A DNA stretch of 64,000 nt from Phoronis australis. Lineage: Eukaryota; Animalia; Phoronida. The notes under the pieces were generated by a model that had not been told where the DNA came from, searched no databases, and saw only the letters and a program-made list of their open reading frames with translations. Where the stretch lies: the NCBI GenBank assembly GCA_002633005.1, contig NMRA01000764.1:95499-159498 (forward strand), read 5' to 3'. This document shows, in pieces, positions 27,801-39,079 of the stretch (position 1 is the first letter of the stretch; the number at the start of each line of letters is the position of its first letter). The translations under genes were made by a program, and so were the position numbers.

Positions 27801-29104
27801 TGTGCCACCTATAGTGGCCATTCTTGCTGTTTTTGAGTCTTGAGTTTTTTGGTGTCAACCAAACCATTCTAAGGATGATTTTGAAAATTGTCATATATGT
27901 TCTTATTGTTAAGAAGATGCCTGTTTTGTTTTTGCGCTCATAGCTGTATCTCCTAAGCCCACTGTAGGATCTTTACTAAATTTAGTGTATTCATATGAAA
28001 GCTAACAACAGACAACAAAGACTTCCTGGCGGATCCAACGAATTCTGTGCCCCCTAGTGGCAATTTCGTTTTTTCCGTTTTCCTTTGTTTCTCTGAAATT
28101 CCTCGACAGATGTTTTTGAAATTTGGTAAATAGCTTTTTATTAAAAAAGTGATGGCATGCTGCCGTTTTCAGATGGATTGTTTGTTTTTTTGCCATCTAG
28201 TGGCCATTGTTATGATATAAATTTACAACCCTAGAAGCATGGTGCATTTGTAGGCGCATTTCAACACTCCTCGTTGCTCTTGTATGTTTTACGTCCACGG
28301 TTGTATCTCCTTACCTTTTGCAAGATTTTCCTGAAATTAGCAGAAGTGTTCCTAAGTATGGAGATGGCAACTGATGACGGCCAGTTTCAGACCAATCCAA
28401 CTACAGCTGTGCTCCCTAGTGACAATTATTTTTTACTTTTGTCTCAGTTACTTCAGAGTTCCTTGATGCTTTTTCATGAAGTTGGGAAATAAATTTTATG
28501 ATATAAATAAACACCCTTAGAAGCACACGGTTTGCAGTGCATTCATGCGCTTATTTTAATGCTGCACGTTGCTCTTGTTTTAGCACTGAATACTGAGCAT
28601 AGTGTGGACAAGGTTGTCTGTATTTCATGTTTGGCAGTGACCGTAGGCAAGATGTCGTTACCATCAAATTTCAGTGTTAGTATTGCAGTCTTAAAGCAAA
28701 TGTATTCTCAAGTCTTTTGCAACTGCGATGTTATTGATAAATATAACTATAGTAGACTTACTTTGGTTACATCTGTTGTAAAACACCTTTCCTGTACAAT
28801 GGTTCGGTTAAGTATACATGGAGGAAAATGGGATGCCTTGAACCCCTTAAATAGGGTGTGGAGGTGGAAAATTCAGAAGTCTTGATATTTGCTGCGGCAA
28901 ATCTTGTCGAATGTACCTTCTGGGGATTTTTGACCGTCCCTTAAGGACACCGACATGAATGCTTCGCCTGGCAGCATTGAGTCACCCCTCAATCATCGCT
29001 AAACCCCCATCAGCACAATTGTAGATATGCTACTTACTTGGTAGAATTATAAATGTAGCTTTTTATTCCAGTACAAAACCCTGCGAAGCAAGTACGGAGT
29101 ATAG
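864..29104 (+). CDS. CC2D1A: Coiled-coil and C2 domain-containing protein 1 (CC2D1A/B, Lgd/Freud-1-like); multi-exon, 5' end outside the window
   Basis: Phase-consistent GT-AG exons at 864-1037, 2448-2541, 2973-3089, 3867-3985, 5613-5787, 7831-7967, 8871-8943, 9592-9741, 10410-10558, 11181-11237, 13478-13600, 14022-14080, 18530-18646, 19682-19811, 20942-21093 and 21986-22076. One or more exons are probably lost in the 22653-23522 gap, followed by 24229-24374 and 29072-29104 (YKTLRSKYGV*). Four DM14-like repeats (EERLTMYDTAVVNAK..SSKVKRYER; RRDQYKEAALQAKHAGD; LEQRMSKY..GSKARRYGRIVKQYQDAI; RQNQFKAAALQAKKSGN) precede a C2 domain (LLLTVVRG..DTYVRCELPYPN..HTNSPEY..GFLKSDKLLGTV) and a CC2D1A-like C-terminal helix. 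The A/B paralog label is not meaningful for a single invertebrate orthologue. Confidence 0.9.
3603..3831 (-). mobile_element. tRNA-derived SINE
   Basis: On the minus strand, an A-box-like TGGCCTAGTG and a B-box-like GGTTCCAGTCCC. The body is shared with 60591-60830. Confidence 0.75.
6183..7547 (+). mobile_element. Diverged related HINE-like family
   Basis: Starts TTTTTATGTGCCC..CATCTCTGTCCGT, has recurring C(C)CTAGTGG motifs, and ends GGTGGGTGCAT..CTCTTGTT. Confidence 0.45.
9328..9628 (+). repeat. 5 x 58-59-bp tandem repeat spanning a CC2D1 splice acceptor
   Basis: Unit TCTGATTCATGATACCTATTACCTTCAG|GTTTCCCCCCTATACCTGGACAGTCACCTC. Confidence 0.95.
11450..12507. mobile_element. Tc1/pogo-type non-autonomous DNA element, nested in another repeat (~11290-12970)
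   Basis: Imperfect TIRs TACCATTTTCGCCCTAATAAGCGCCC / GGGCACTTATTAGGACGAATGTTA. A related terminus, TACCGTATTCGCCCTAATACGCGCCC, is at 41541. Confidence 0.5.
14672..17598 (+). mobile_element. Two nested copies of the same HINE-like family in a CC2D1 intron
   Basis: 5' ends at 14672 and ~15726 (ATGC(G/A)CCCACATATTTA). 3' hairpin ends at ~17378 and ~17598. Same tandem units as 37075-39079. Confidence 0.75.
22484..22652. repeat. 49-bp minisatellite running into an assembly gap
   Basis: CAAGTAGACATACACAGTGTACAGGAGAATACAACACTGTACACATAAT x3+. Confidence 0.9.
23523..23923. repeat. 27-bp minisatellite emerging from the gap
   Basis: CTGTACATAGGGATGGTAGTGCGGTCA x ~15. Confidence 0.95.
24850..28579 (+). 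mobile_element. Cluster of nested HINE-like copies in the last CC2D1 intron
   Basis: An older copy is interrupted by a young copy at 25237-26327 (containing an N gap) and by another at ~27038-28283. The outer 3' end is at ~28579. Confidence 0.75.
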
Positions 29105-29151
29105 AAACAGATGACATTTGAAGCATACGAGTTGGTAGAGAAGGGCTGGAG

Positions 29152-29736
29152 AATGGACGTTGGAGGTGATCCATGAAGAGGATGAAGAAATGGACATTGG
29201 AGGTGATCTATGAAGAGGATGAAGAAATGGACATTGGAGGTGATGTATGAAGAGGGTGAAGAGATGGACATTGGAGGTGATGTATGAAGAGGGTGAAGAA
29301 ATGGACATTGGAGGTGATCTATGAAGGGGGTGAAGAAATGGACATTGGAGGTGATGTATGAAGAGGGTGAAGAGATGGACATTGGAGGTGATCTATGAAG
29401 AGGATGAAGAAATGGACATTGGAGGTGATTTATGAAGAGGGTGAAGAGATGGACATTGGAGGTGATGTATGTAGAGGGTGAAGAGATGGACATTGGAGGT
29501 GATCTATGAAGAGGGTGAAGGCATGGACGTTGGAGGTGATCTATGAAGGGGGTGAAGAGATGGACATTGGAGGTGATCTATGAAGAGGGTGAAGAGATGG
29601 ACGTTGGAGGTGATCTATGAAGGGGGTGAAGAGATGGACATTGGAGGTGATCTATGAAGAGGATGAAGAGATGGACATTGGAGGTGATCTATGAAGAGGG
29701 TGAAGAGATGGACATTGGAGGTGATCTATGAAGAGT
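29152..29736. repeat. 37-bp purine-rich minisatellite in the probable CC2D1 3'UTR
   Basis: ATGGACATTGGAGGTGATCTATGAAGAGG(A/G)TGAAGA(A/G) x ~16. Confidence 0.95.
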
Positions 29737-30249
29737 ACTCAGGAAAACGTTTTCTCTAAGTTGTCTAGGACACATCCAAGTTTGAAATACTGTGTACGAG
29801 TGCAATCTTTATCGGTCAGACTTTATAATGCATGAGGTAAAGGTGAATGAATAAAGGTGGCTTCAGCTTGAAGGAAAAGTGACTCAATTAAACACAGTTA
29901 TTTGGCTTGCACCTGTCAAGGCTATGATACTTATTATTTATAATTAGCACTCACTTTGTGCTCCCTGTCTGTAAAACTGAGTGAAATAACATCTGATAAT
30001 AAAAAGCTGGGTGTTACTTTGTCTAAAAATACCATGTCCTAAAAGTGATTATAAAGCCGCATTTCATCTAAGAAGCGAAGTTTTTAGGTATTAAAATTCT
30101 CTACCCCACCATAAAGCGATCAGATCTTGAGTAAACAGGTATTTGGCACCACCTACATATTCCATGCAATACAGACGGGAGGTTTCAACGTAATGTAATT
30201 GACAGCGTTTTAACACCGTTTGTGCTATCATGATGATTGCAAAATTCCA

Positions 30250-31616
30250 CTGCTATGCAAAAAGATCAGAGACGCCAAAACTTTGGCTTCAAATTACCGC
30301 CCATTATCATTTACCTGCATTCGCTCCAAACTCATGGAGCACATTGTTGTAGGTAACATTATGCGTCATCTTGACACAAATATTTTTACACCAGGCGACA
30401 TGGTTTTCGTAGCCGTAGACCATGCGAAACACAACTTGTCACATTCATAGATGACCTACTCCAAAGTGGAGGCAGGCACTCAAACCGACGCAGTGGTGCT
30501 GGACTTCTCCAAAGCCTTTAATTAAGTATCTCATACAAGACTCTTGAAGAAGATCAGTGTAAGGGGTGTCGCCCATAACTGGATCCAGTCCTTTCTATCT
30601 CATAGGCGGGACACAGACAGTCGTCGTCGATGTCGAGTTCTCAAATTCCTCTCTAGTTCAATCAGGGGTGCCCCAGGGCTCTGTCATTGGCCCTGCACTT
30701 TTCATACTTTATATAAACGATCTTCATGATTCCTTCCTTTCAAATGTACGTCTCTTTGCCAATGATGCAGTCCTCTATAGATCTATATTGCTTCCCCCTT
30801 GATTGCTAAATACTTCAACAGGACTTAAGTAGAATCCTTAGCCTCCTGGGAAAATCCTGGAAAATGGGACTTCAACGTTTCCAAATGTAATATTCTACGT
30901 GTACAGCACAGAAAACACTACCCCGTAATATACAATTACAATCTCCACAACACGTCGCTAAATGCATAAATCAAGCTCCATCTCTTGGGGTCACTGTTAC
31001 AAATAATTTATCATGGATCACTTACCTCTAAGGCAAACAGAACTCTTGGTTTCCGATTAAACGCAACCTCAGATATGCTCCCCTGCCCTACACTTAGGCC
31101 CAAACTTGAATACTCATCCTCCGTTCTAAATTACCTCGCCAGATACTCTGTCTCATCTATCCTTACCACTCTAAATTGGCCCACTCTTCAAGAAAAGCGT
31201 GCTCAGAATATCGACTGACGGGCCCCAGATGTGCTGTACAACATCGCCGTATACAACCTGGTTGCCATTCCCCACACATACCTTCCACTCCTACATATCT
31301 CTAGATCACTAATTCTCACTCTCACACCTTCGACAGAACATACATTCGCACTGCATACTAGGAAAACTCTTCCCATCTACTATTTTACTCTGGAATAGGC
31401 TCCCACAAGATGCCATCTCATCAGAAATCAATAGAGACGTTCACAGGTTGCCATCTCGAACATCAATCTCACTTAGTCAAAAATAAAAACTTGTTTTATC
31501 CTGGCACTAGCTCGCACTTTGTTTTATTTTCCCACTTACACACGGTTCATTCGCCAACATGTAAGCAGGATCGGTATTTCGATTGTTTGTTGATCTATGG
31601 AAGAAGAAAAAGAAGC
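30250..31616 (+). mobile_element. 5'-truncated, decayed CR1/L2-group LINE (RT fragment)
   Basis: Frameshifted RT motifs NYRPLSFTC..KLMEHIV, LDFSKAF, GVPQGSVIGPALFILYINDL and VRLFAND, with a GAA-rich tail near 31600. Confidence 0.8.
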
Positions 31617-31868
31617 ACTAGTCAGATATGAATAAATCCATTAAACATCCATGTGAATGATTTTGATATCGTTGCATTTCTCAGACATCCGGCTATCTTC
31701 ACATATCCATTTCATAGCCCTCACTCCGGTTGAAAAGTATGGTATTCCGAAGTTGGTCGACTTTAGCCACGCGGATTATCAAATCGGCAGTCATTTCAGT
31801 GAACTTATTATACCTACCGCTATCTATCGGTGATCTGCTACAACACGCGCTGTTCCTGTTTCGTCAGT

Positions 31869-33058
31869 CTTGGGTGGGTCATTTTGGTGGGCCACTGGGA
31901 TCTTAATTAGTGGACTGGTCAACTTGAAACTTGGAGGATGACCATTTGGAGGATTGGTCTTGCAAAAACAACAAAAACTTTAAAACTTAAGACAAGAAGT
32001 TTTTCGACTAAAATAATTTTGTCTCCAATTTCAAAAATTCTTTTTCACAACAATGACGTAGCTCAGAATGTTGAGAAACTAAAGCCCACCAAGTTTGAGT
32101 TCGGTCGGATCATTAATGAGGTCACGCGGCTAGATCAAAGTTCAAAAATTTTATTTTTAGGCCCTTTAGCACCTAAAAATTTTTGACCCCTTTTTCAAAA
32201 CTTCTTTTATTGTTGGATAACCCTTTACTCGCTGACTCCAAAAAAGTAAGTCGAAACTTTATTCTGGTGAGCCCTGATAAGGTCACAGATGGGGATCAAA
32301 TTTGGAAAACTGGGGTGAGTCTGTGACTTTGACCTTAAACCTTGATACCGAAGGAGAGAGGGGCCAACAAATAAGACGCGTTTGGAACCTTTTACTTTAC
32401 CATGCTTCAAAATGTCTCAGTTTGGTCAAGTCTTCAGGTCATTGGTCATGAACATATGAGTTCTATAGCTTATTTTGACAAAACTTTCTATGTCACTTCG
32501 GGGCCCTCCTGGGTCCTTACTAAGGGCGGGAAAAGTACGATAATTACATTTCTAGAGAGCAGAGACAGGGGGCTATCAGATGCACAAAGAATTTTTGAAA
32601 TCGAAAACAAAATAATTTCGGACCCTTGGGTGGGTCACTTTGGTTGGCCATTGTGACCTTAAATAGTGGGCTGAAACTTGGGGGCTGACCGTTGGAAGAT
32701 TGGCCTTTCAAATAAAAACAGAAACTTTTAAATCGAAGACAAAAAGGTTTTCGACCGAAAAACCCTAAGCCTTGTAGCCCAGGTTTTTTTGGGGGGTCGA
32801 AGTTTTTTGTCTCCATTTTCAAAAATTCTTTTTCAGATCAACGTAGAATGTTGAGAAACTAAAGCCCACCAAGTTTGAGTTCGATGGGATCTTTAATGAT
32901 CAAAGTTGAAAAGCGTTATTTTTAGACATTTTCGCGCCAAAAAAATTTTGACCCTGATTTCGAATTTTAAACTTCTTTTATTGTTGGATATTCCTTTACT
33001 TACTGACTCCAAAAACATAAGTCGCCACTTCTGGTGAGCCCCAATAAGGTGACAGCCG
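31869..33058. repeat. Tandem ~1.6 copies of a ~757-bp repeat, likely derived from a DNA element
   Basis: TTGGGTGGGTCA at ~31870 and ~32626; AGAATGTTGAGAAACTAAAGCCCACCAAGTTTGAGTTCG occurs twice. Confidence 0.6.
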
Positions 33059-34482
33059 TTAAACCCCTACACCTGTCTTTGATGCACTTGAGTGAAACTA
33101 AATGAGTGGAGCCAGGTTGACGTAACTGTTACTAAACGGTAGTTGATTATGGATAAGTGTTTTCAATTTGAGATTAACTAATTGAAAAATACTCCAAAAA
33201 AACAGTTTGCCCTTTTAAGACACGCGCATGCACTGGACATGCGCATAAGTGCAACTTGGGCGCATGTGATCTGAGATCAGAGCGGAGATGATCGGACCTT
33301 GAATCTATAACGATCACTGCCATTGGCGTATCCACAAAAGATTAATGGCAACTGGGGTTTGGGTTAGGAACAGGGCAGGGAGGCAAACGCTGAATAACCC
33401 CAAGGACTTTCGACATGGAGAAGAAGTTTTTTGCCAACGTCTCTCGTTAGCCTAATGAGTGAACGTTTCGTAGCTATGCCTCAAATAATTACTTTGCGCC
33501 TCAGTAAATATGTACTTTACGCCTCAGTAAATATTTACTTAACGCCTCTAACGAGAATTATCTTATGCACGTAACGTTCACGCATTTGACAAACGATAGA
33601 CGTCGTTACGTGTCTGTTGGACACTGACGACACATAACGATGACAGGTACGATGGTGAGGACGACGGTGATGACGAAAGCAGACATAACAATGAATAAAC
33701 GAAACGTTAATAATTGACGGAAAAATTTGGTCGGGGCGCAAGAATTTTAAGGGTACAGAATTCTTTCTGAATTCTTTCTGAAGATTTCCCCCGGCTAATG
33801 GTGCAGAGGAAAAAGTCTCCCATCCCGATTTTGAAGGCTGCAAAGGCGTGTCCTTCAGTGAAATCTGTTTTCCCAACCAGAAACACACATCATATTGATC
33901 GGAAGTCGTATTCTGTGGATAATTTTCAGGACATTTCTGTGTATTTGCGAGAGTCGTCACGTTAAACAAGTCCAGTGACTGCATTTGAGTGTAGATAGTG
34001 TTTCACTGACTTTAGACTGCAAAATATTGTTTAGTTTATTGCTCATATAATATGATTACACAGCTTTTTGCCGACGGTATGTTTTTTGGTCTTTTTTCTA
34101 CGGTATGTTAGCTGTTGACCTGACTTTGTAACAGATAGGACAGTCTTCTCTTTGCTTGTTTTTAGGCATCGGCCCATTACATCTACTTGCAAAGTTGTCC
34201 GGTGCGGGCAGCATTCTATTCAGTTGAGTTCTATTCAGTCGAGTCTTTCATTGTGTCTGCAACTGATTTGCATATCAACACAGGTCTATGAATGCGGGTA
34301 TCGCAGCTGATGTCCTGCGTGTGTCATGGAGGTGGTGAAGTACATTTTAGCCACGCGCTTTTTGTTTTGTTTTTTTACACATTGTTGAGTGAAATTTTTG
34401 TTGATTCACCACCTTGTCTACATTCTACATACATCGCACTTAGTCACTATGGACCCGATTCATCATGTCTTTCGTCGGAACA

Positions 34483-36634
34483 TGGTTAGTATCTTAATTT
34501 TAAACTGCAGAGGGCTAAGGGACAAAATTAAGAGAAAGGATGTCTTTGAATTTTTGACACGTAAGTGTTGAGGTATCTATTGTTTTCAGGAAACTCATTT
34601 TATTGAATTAGAGATCTCTATTATTAGGGCCCTGTGGGGATTTGATGTTTTCATGAGCCCTTGACCAAGAGAATCGAGAGGTGTCTGCATTGTCATCGAA
34701 TTACTTATTGAAAATCGAGTCTCAATAACGTTAGCTAATATTTATGGTCCCAACAAGGATGACCCTGAATCTTTTAGAGCCCAGCTTCAAGTAGTCTCGG
34801 ACTACAATTCAGAGTTATCATTTGCGGCGACTGGAATTTGGTTCAGGATTTCAATCTTGACTGTTAAGATACAATCCGGCTGCAAGAAAACAAGTTATCA
34901 GTCTGATGTCGCAGTTAAATTTGGTCGACCCGTGGAGGTTACGCAATTCAAATAAAACAAGCTACACTTGGTTCAAAATTAACTCTTGTAAGCAAGCGCG
35001 TCAGCTGTACTTTTTTCTAGTGTCCGACGAGTTTTCCTCTTGAATAAAAAATATCGAAACGTCCAAAGGTTATAGAACCGACCATCATTGTGTCGTGACT
35101 ACTATTCAGGCCTCTAAATTTGTTAGAGGTAAAGGTCTCAGGCGATTTAAAAAATCCTTATTACATGATTTAGAATACATTAGAATGATTCTATTGAATA
35201 TTAGAAATTATACTTTGTCCTATTCAGCTTTCAAGAAAAAAACAAAAGCATCGACATGAAAAAATTAGAGGAGCAATTAAGTCTTCGTAGAGAAATGATG
35301 TGCAACAATAATTCTGCCCTGCTCCTTGAAATTTACTCAAATTTACAGAAAGATGACGAAGAAATTAGAAAGGACCAAGTGAAAGGAATGATGCTGAGAT
35401 CTCGGGCAAAATGGATCGAGGATGGTGAAAAACTGTCCAAATAATTTAGTAACTTAGAAGAATGCAATTACGTGAACAAGAATGTTCACAAACTTATAGA
35501 CGAGACTGGACGTAGCTTGACTAACCAAAAAAGCTATACTGTGTGCAATCGCAAAATTCTACGCAAATTTATAAGCAGCCAACGAAAATGACTGTCTCCA
35601 ATACGAATTAGAAGACTTGCTGACCCCTGAAAATATATCGAAATTAGACGCCGACTTGAAAGAGAAACTAGGACCAATAACATGTACTAAAGCGGCGGTT
35701 GTCCTTAAATGTGTGAAAATGACAAACTCCAGGGACTCCTGTAGAGTTTTACAAATTTTTTGGAACGAACTATCGCCATTTTTGATCAATTACAGTTTTT
35801 GAACCGGTCGTCTCCCTATCACTATGCGTCAAGGTGTCATTACTTTGATTCCTAAGGGCAAGAAACCACGTGAATACATTAAAAACTGGAGACCAATCTC
35901 CTTACTGAATTCAAGTTATAAACTATTATCAGCACGTATTGCACAAAGGATAAAATCTGATTAAATAAGTTAATTCATCCTATTCAAACTGGATTTCTTC
36001 CAGGTCGTTTTATCAGGGAGAACACCAGAGTGATTTATAACATCTCATACTCAAGTTAAGGATATTCCCGGACTTCTGATATTAATCGATGTCGAAAAAG
36101 CCTTTGATTCTGTGTCCTGGGGATTTCTTAAGAAAGTTCAACACTATTTCAATTTTGGTGACGAAATTATTCGTTGGTTCACAATACTGAATGAAAGTGT
36201 TCAACTTTCGGTCATTCAGTATGGCTTTACGTCTACTTGAACATTTGCCGAGGTTGCAGACAAGGGAATCCCCTTTCACCTTATCTTTTTTGTTGTGTGC
36301 TGAAATTATGGTATCTATGTTGAGGCAATGCGAGAATGTTAAAGGCATAAAAGTAGGCTCTTTAGAGAATAAATTAATGCAATATGCAGACGTTACGGTC
36401 CTCTTTCTAGATCGTTCAGAGAGAAATTATGCGATGATACTCAGTCTTGGAAAAAATTCCTCTGTAATTTGTCATTGTACTTCCGATGTCAGACTCAGAT
36501 GGTTCCAATTCCGTATCAACCACAGACTTGTTGGTACAAACTCTTATTCAAAGAAAATAGATGTTAGTGAATCGTCTTTGTGTTCTTTCTGTGAGCAACA
36601 CGAAGAAACAATTCTAAATTTGTATGATAAATAA
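34483..36634 (+). mobile_element. Decayed Tx1/L1-group LINE ORF2 (APE endonuclease + RT)
   Basis: Motifs LNCRGLRD, FQETH, NIYGPNKDD, GDWN, RSRAKWIEDGEK, KNWRPISLLN, EKAFDSV, QYAD and FQFRINHR..C..C, with many stops and frameshifts. Confidence 0.8.
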
Positions 36635-36659
36635 CGTAGAAAATAAATCTGAAACTAAA

Positions 36660-36915
36660 TAAGGCGATCTAGATCCTCTCAAGGATACTATTGAATCTAC
36701 AAACTCGGTTTCGTAATCACAGATTTAACTTAATACATAAAAACATTTCTGATTCTATAGCTAATCATTTCAATTCCAAAAACCATAATATTCAAGATCT
36801 TTCTGTACAAATAATAGAAAAACTCCAATACCCCCAGTACCCCTCACATACTCAAAAGGAAACAATTTTGGATAAACAAGCTCAATACACTAGAACCTCA
36901 TGGATTAAAGAAAAA
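36660..36915 (+). mobile_element. Penelope-like element GIY-YIG endonuclease fragment
   Basis: NLQTRFRNHR..IANHFNSKNHNIQDLSVQIIEK resembles the C-terminal half of PLE GIY-YIG domains. Confidence 0.6.
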
Positions 36916-37074
36916 CTTCTTAAATTGTATCATTGGATTTTTTCCGCAACAATGTGTCACATTCATTGCGCCACATCTTATACGTCAATTGTCATATAGT
37001 GTTCGATTTTACTTTATTTCTGTTTTTGTTGACGAAGGATGTTATTATATCTGAAAATTTCAGTTGATCCATTC

Positions 37075-39079
37075 TTTTTATGCGCCCACATATTTATATG
37101 TGGACGCATTATGCCGTCATCTCCGTCCGTCCGTCCGTCCGTCCGTCCGGGCGGCGTCCGTCCGGCGTCCGGCGTCCGCTGCTCTATCTCCAAAACCCTT
37201 TGACATACGTTCATGAAATTTGGCACATATGTTCCATTCATGAATGGGACGGCATGTGCGAACTTTCGGACGGATCCGACTACCGGTGTGCCCCCTAGTG
37301 GCAATTTTAGTTTTTTACGCTTACCTTTGTATCTTCAAAAGTCCTGAACGGATTTTCATGAAATTTGGTATGTAGGCACCTAGTAGTGAGATGACGCTAT
37401 CCTGCCGTTTTCGGATGGATTCGACATAGTTTGCGCCACCTAGTGGCCATTTTTACTGTTTTCGAGTCTGTTTTTGTGCTTCCACCCCTCTATCAACCAA
37501 ACCGCTCAAAGGATGATTGTGAAAATTGGCATGTATGTGCTTACTATGTAGAGGACGGTTGACGATGATTTTCCGACGATTTCGACTACTGTGGCGCCTC
37601 CTAGTGGCAGTTTTGTTTTTTTTGCGCCTATGGCTGTATCTCCTAAACCGTTTGCAGGATCTTTACGAAACTGTGTAAGTATATTTATATCATGTTAACA
37701 ACGGAAGATGACGACTTTTGGACGGATCCGACTACCGGTGTGCCCCCTAGTGGCAATTTTAATTTTTTTACGCTTACCTTTGTATCTTCACAAGTCCTTA
37801 TTGGATTTTCATGAAATTTGGTATGTAGGCACCTATTAGTGAGATGACGCTATCCTCCCGTTTTCAGATGGATTCGACATAGTTTGCGCCACCTAGTGGC
37901 CATTTTTAGTGTTTTCGAGTCTGTTTTTGTGCGTCCACCCCTCTATCAACCAAACCGCTCAAAGGATGATTGTGAAAATTGGCATGTATATGCTTACTAT
38001 GTAGAGGATGGTTGACGATGATTTTCCGACGATTTCGACTACTGTGGCGCCTCCTAGTGGCAGTTTTGTTTTTTTGCGCCTATGGCTGTATCTCCTAAAC
38101 CGTTCGCAGGATCTTTACAAATTGTGTAAGTATATTTATATGATGTTAACAACGGAAGATGACGACTTTTGGTCGGATCCGACTACCGGTGTGCCCCCTA
38201 GTGGCAATTTTAGTTTTTTACGCTTACCTTTGTATCTTCAAAAGTATTGAACGGATTTTCATGAAATTTGGTATGTAGGCACCTATTAGTGAGATGACGC
38301 TATCCTACTGTTTTCAGATGGATTCGACGTAGTTTGCGCCACCTAGTGGCCATTTTTACTGTTTTCGAGTCTGTATTTTTGCGTCCACCCCTCTATCAAC
38401 CAAACCGCTCAAAGGATGATTGTGAAAATTGGCGTGTATGTGCTTACTATAAGGAAGACAGCTGACAATGATTTTCAGACGATTTGGACTACTGTGGCGC
38501 CTCCTAGTGGCAGTTTTGTTTTTTTGCGCCCATGGCTGTATCTCCCAAACCGTTTGCAGGATCTTTACTAAATTTAGCAAGTGTATTTATGTGATGTTGA
38601 CAACGGACGATGACGACTTTAGGATGATTCTGATTACCGGTATGCCTCTAGTGGCAATTTTAGTATTTGCCTCTAGTGGCAATTTTAGTATTTTACATTG
38701 ACCTCTGTATTTTCATAGGTCTTCAGGTGTATACTTTGTGTTACTTCGTGACTGTGAAGGAAAAGTTCCAAGTAGAAATTTGTTTCTGGCATTCTAATGC
38801 TGTGCTAATCTCGTATGTTGGTAAATTTGTTTTTAATTCTATGTTTCTGTGGTGCTTTAAGCAACTGGTGTATAGGATGTGCTTGTATTATGAAGATTAC
38901 TCACATTTTGCCCCTAGCCTATTGAGGAGACAATGACCATGCCTTTCCATTTTGCTAAGTACAACATACTACATCTATGCCCTCTACTGGCCACTTTATT
39001 ATACCAATAAACAACCCTAGAAGGATAGCGTATGCGGTGCAATTGTGGGCGCATTTCAACGCTCTGCGTTGCTCTTGTT
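37075..39079 (+). mobile_element. Complete non-autonomous Helentron-associated element (DINE-1/HINE-like) with an internal ~451-bp tandem array
   Basis: The 5' end has a T-run, the subterminal IR ATGCGCCCACA, a palindrome and a (GTCC)n microsatellite. More than three copies of a ~451-bp unit follow. The 3' end has TGTGGGCGCAT (IR partner), the hairpin CAACGC-tct-GCGTTG and CTCTTGTT. No TSD; inserted in a T-rich site. Confidence 0.8.

Noticed and set aside
34483-36915. Single chimeric LINE with APE, RT and GIY-YIG domains
   Set aside because: Both parts are heavily decayed and separated by stops. Adjacent independent Tx1 and Penelope fragments in a TE-rich intergenic region is the simpler reading.
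37288-38690. Regularly spaced conserved motif resembling a CRISPR or attC array
   Set aside because: The intervening sequences are repeated rather than unique spacers, the context is eukaryotic, and no cas or integrase gene is present.
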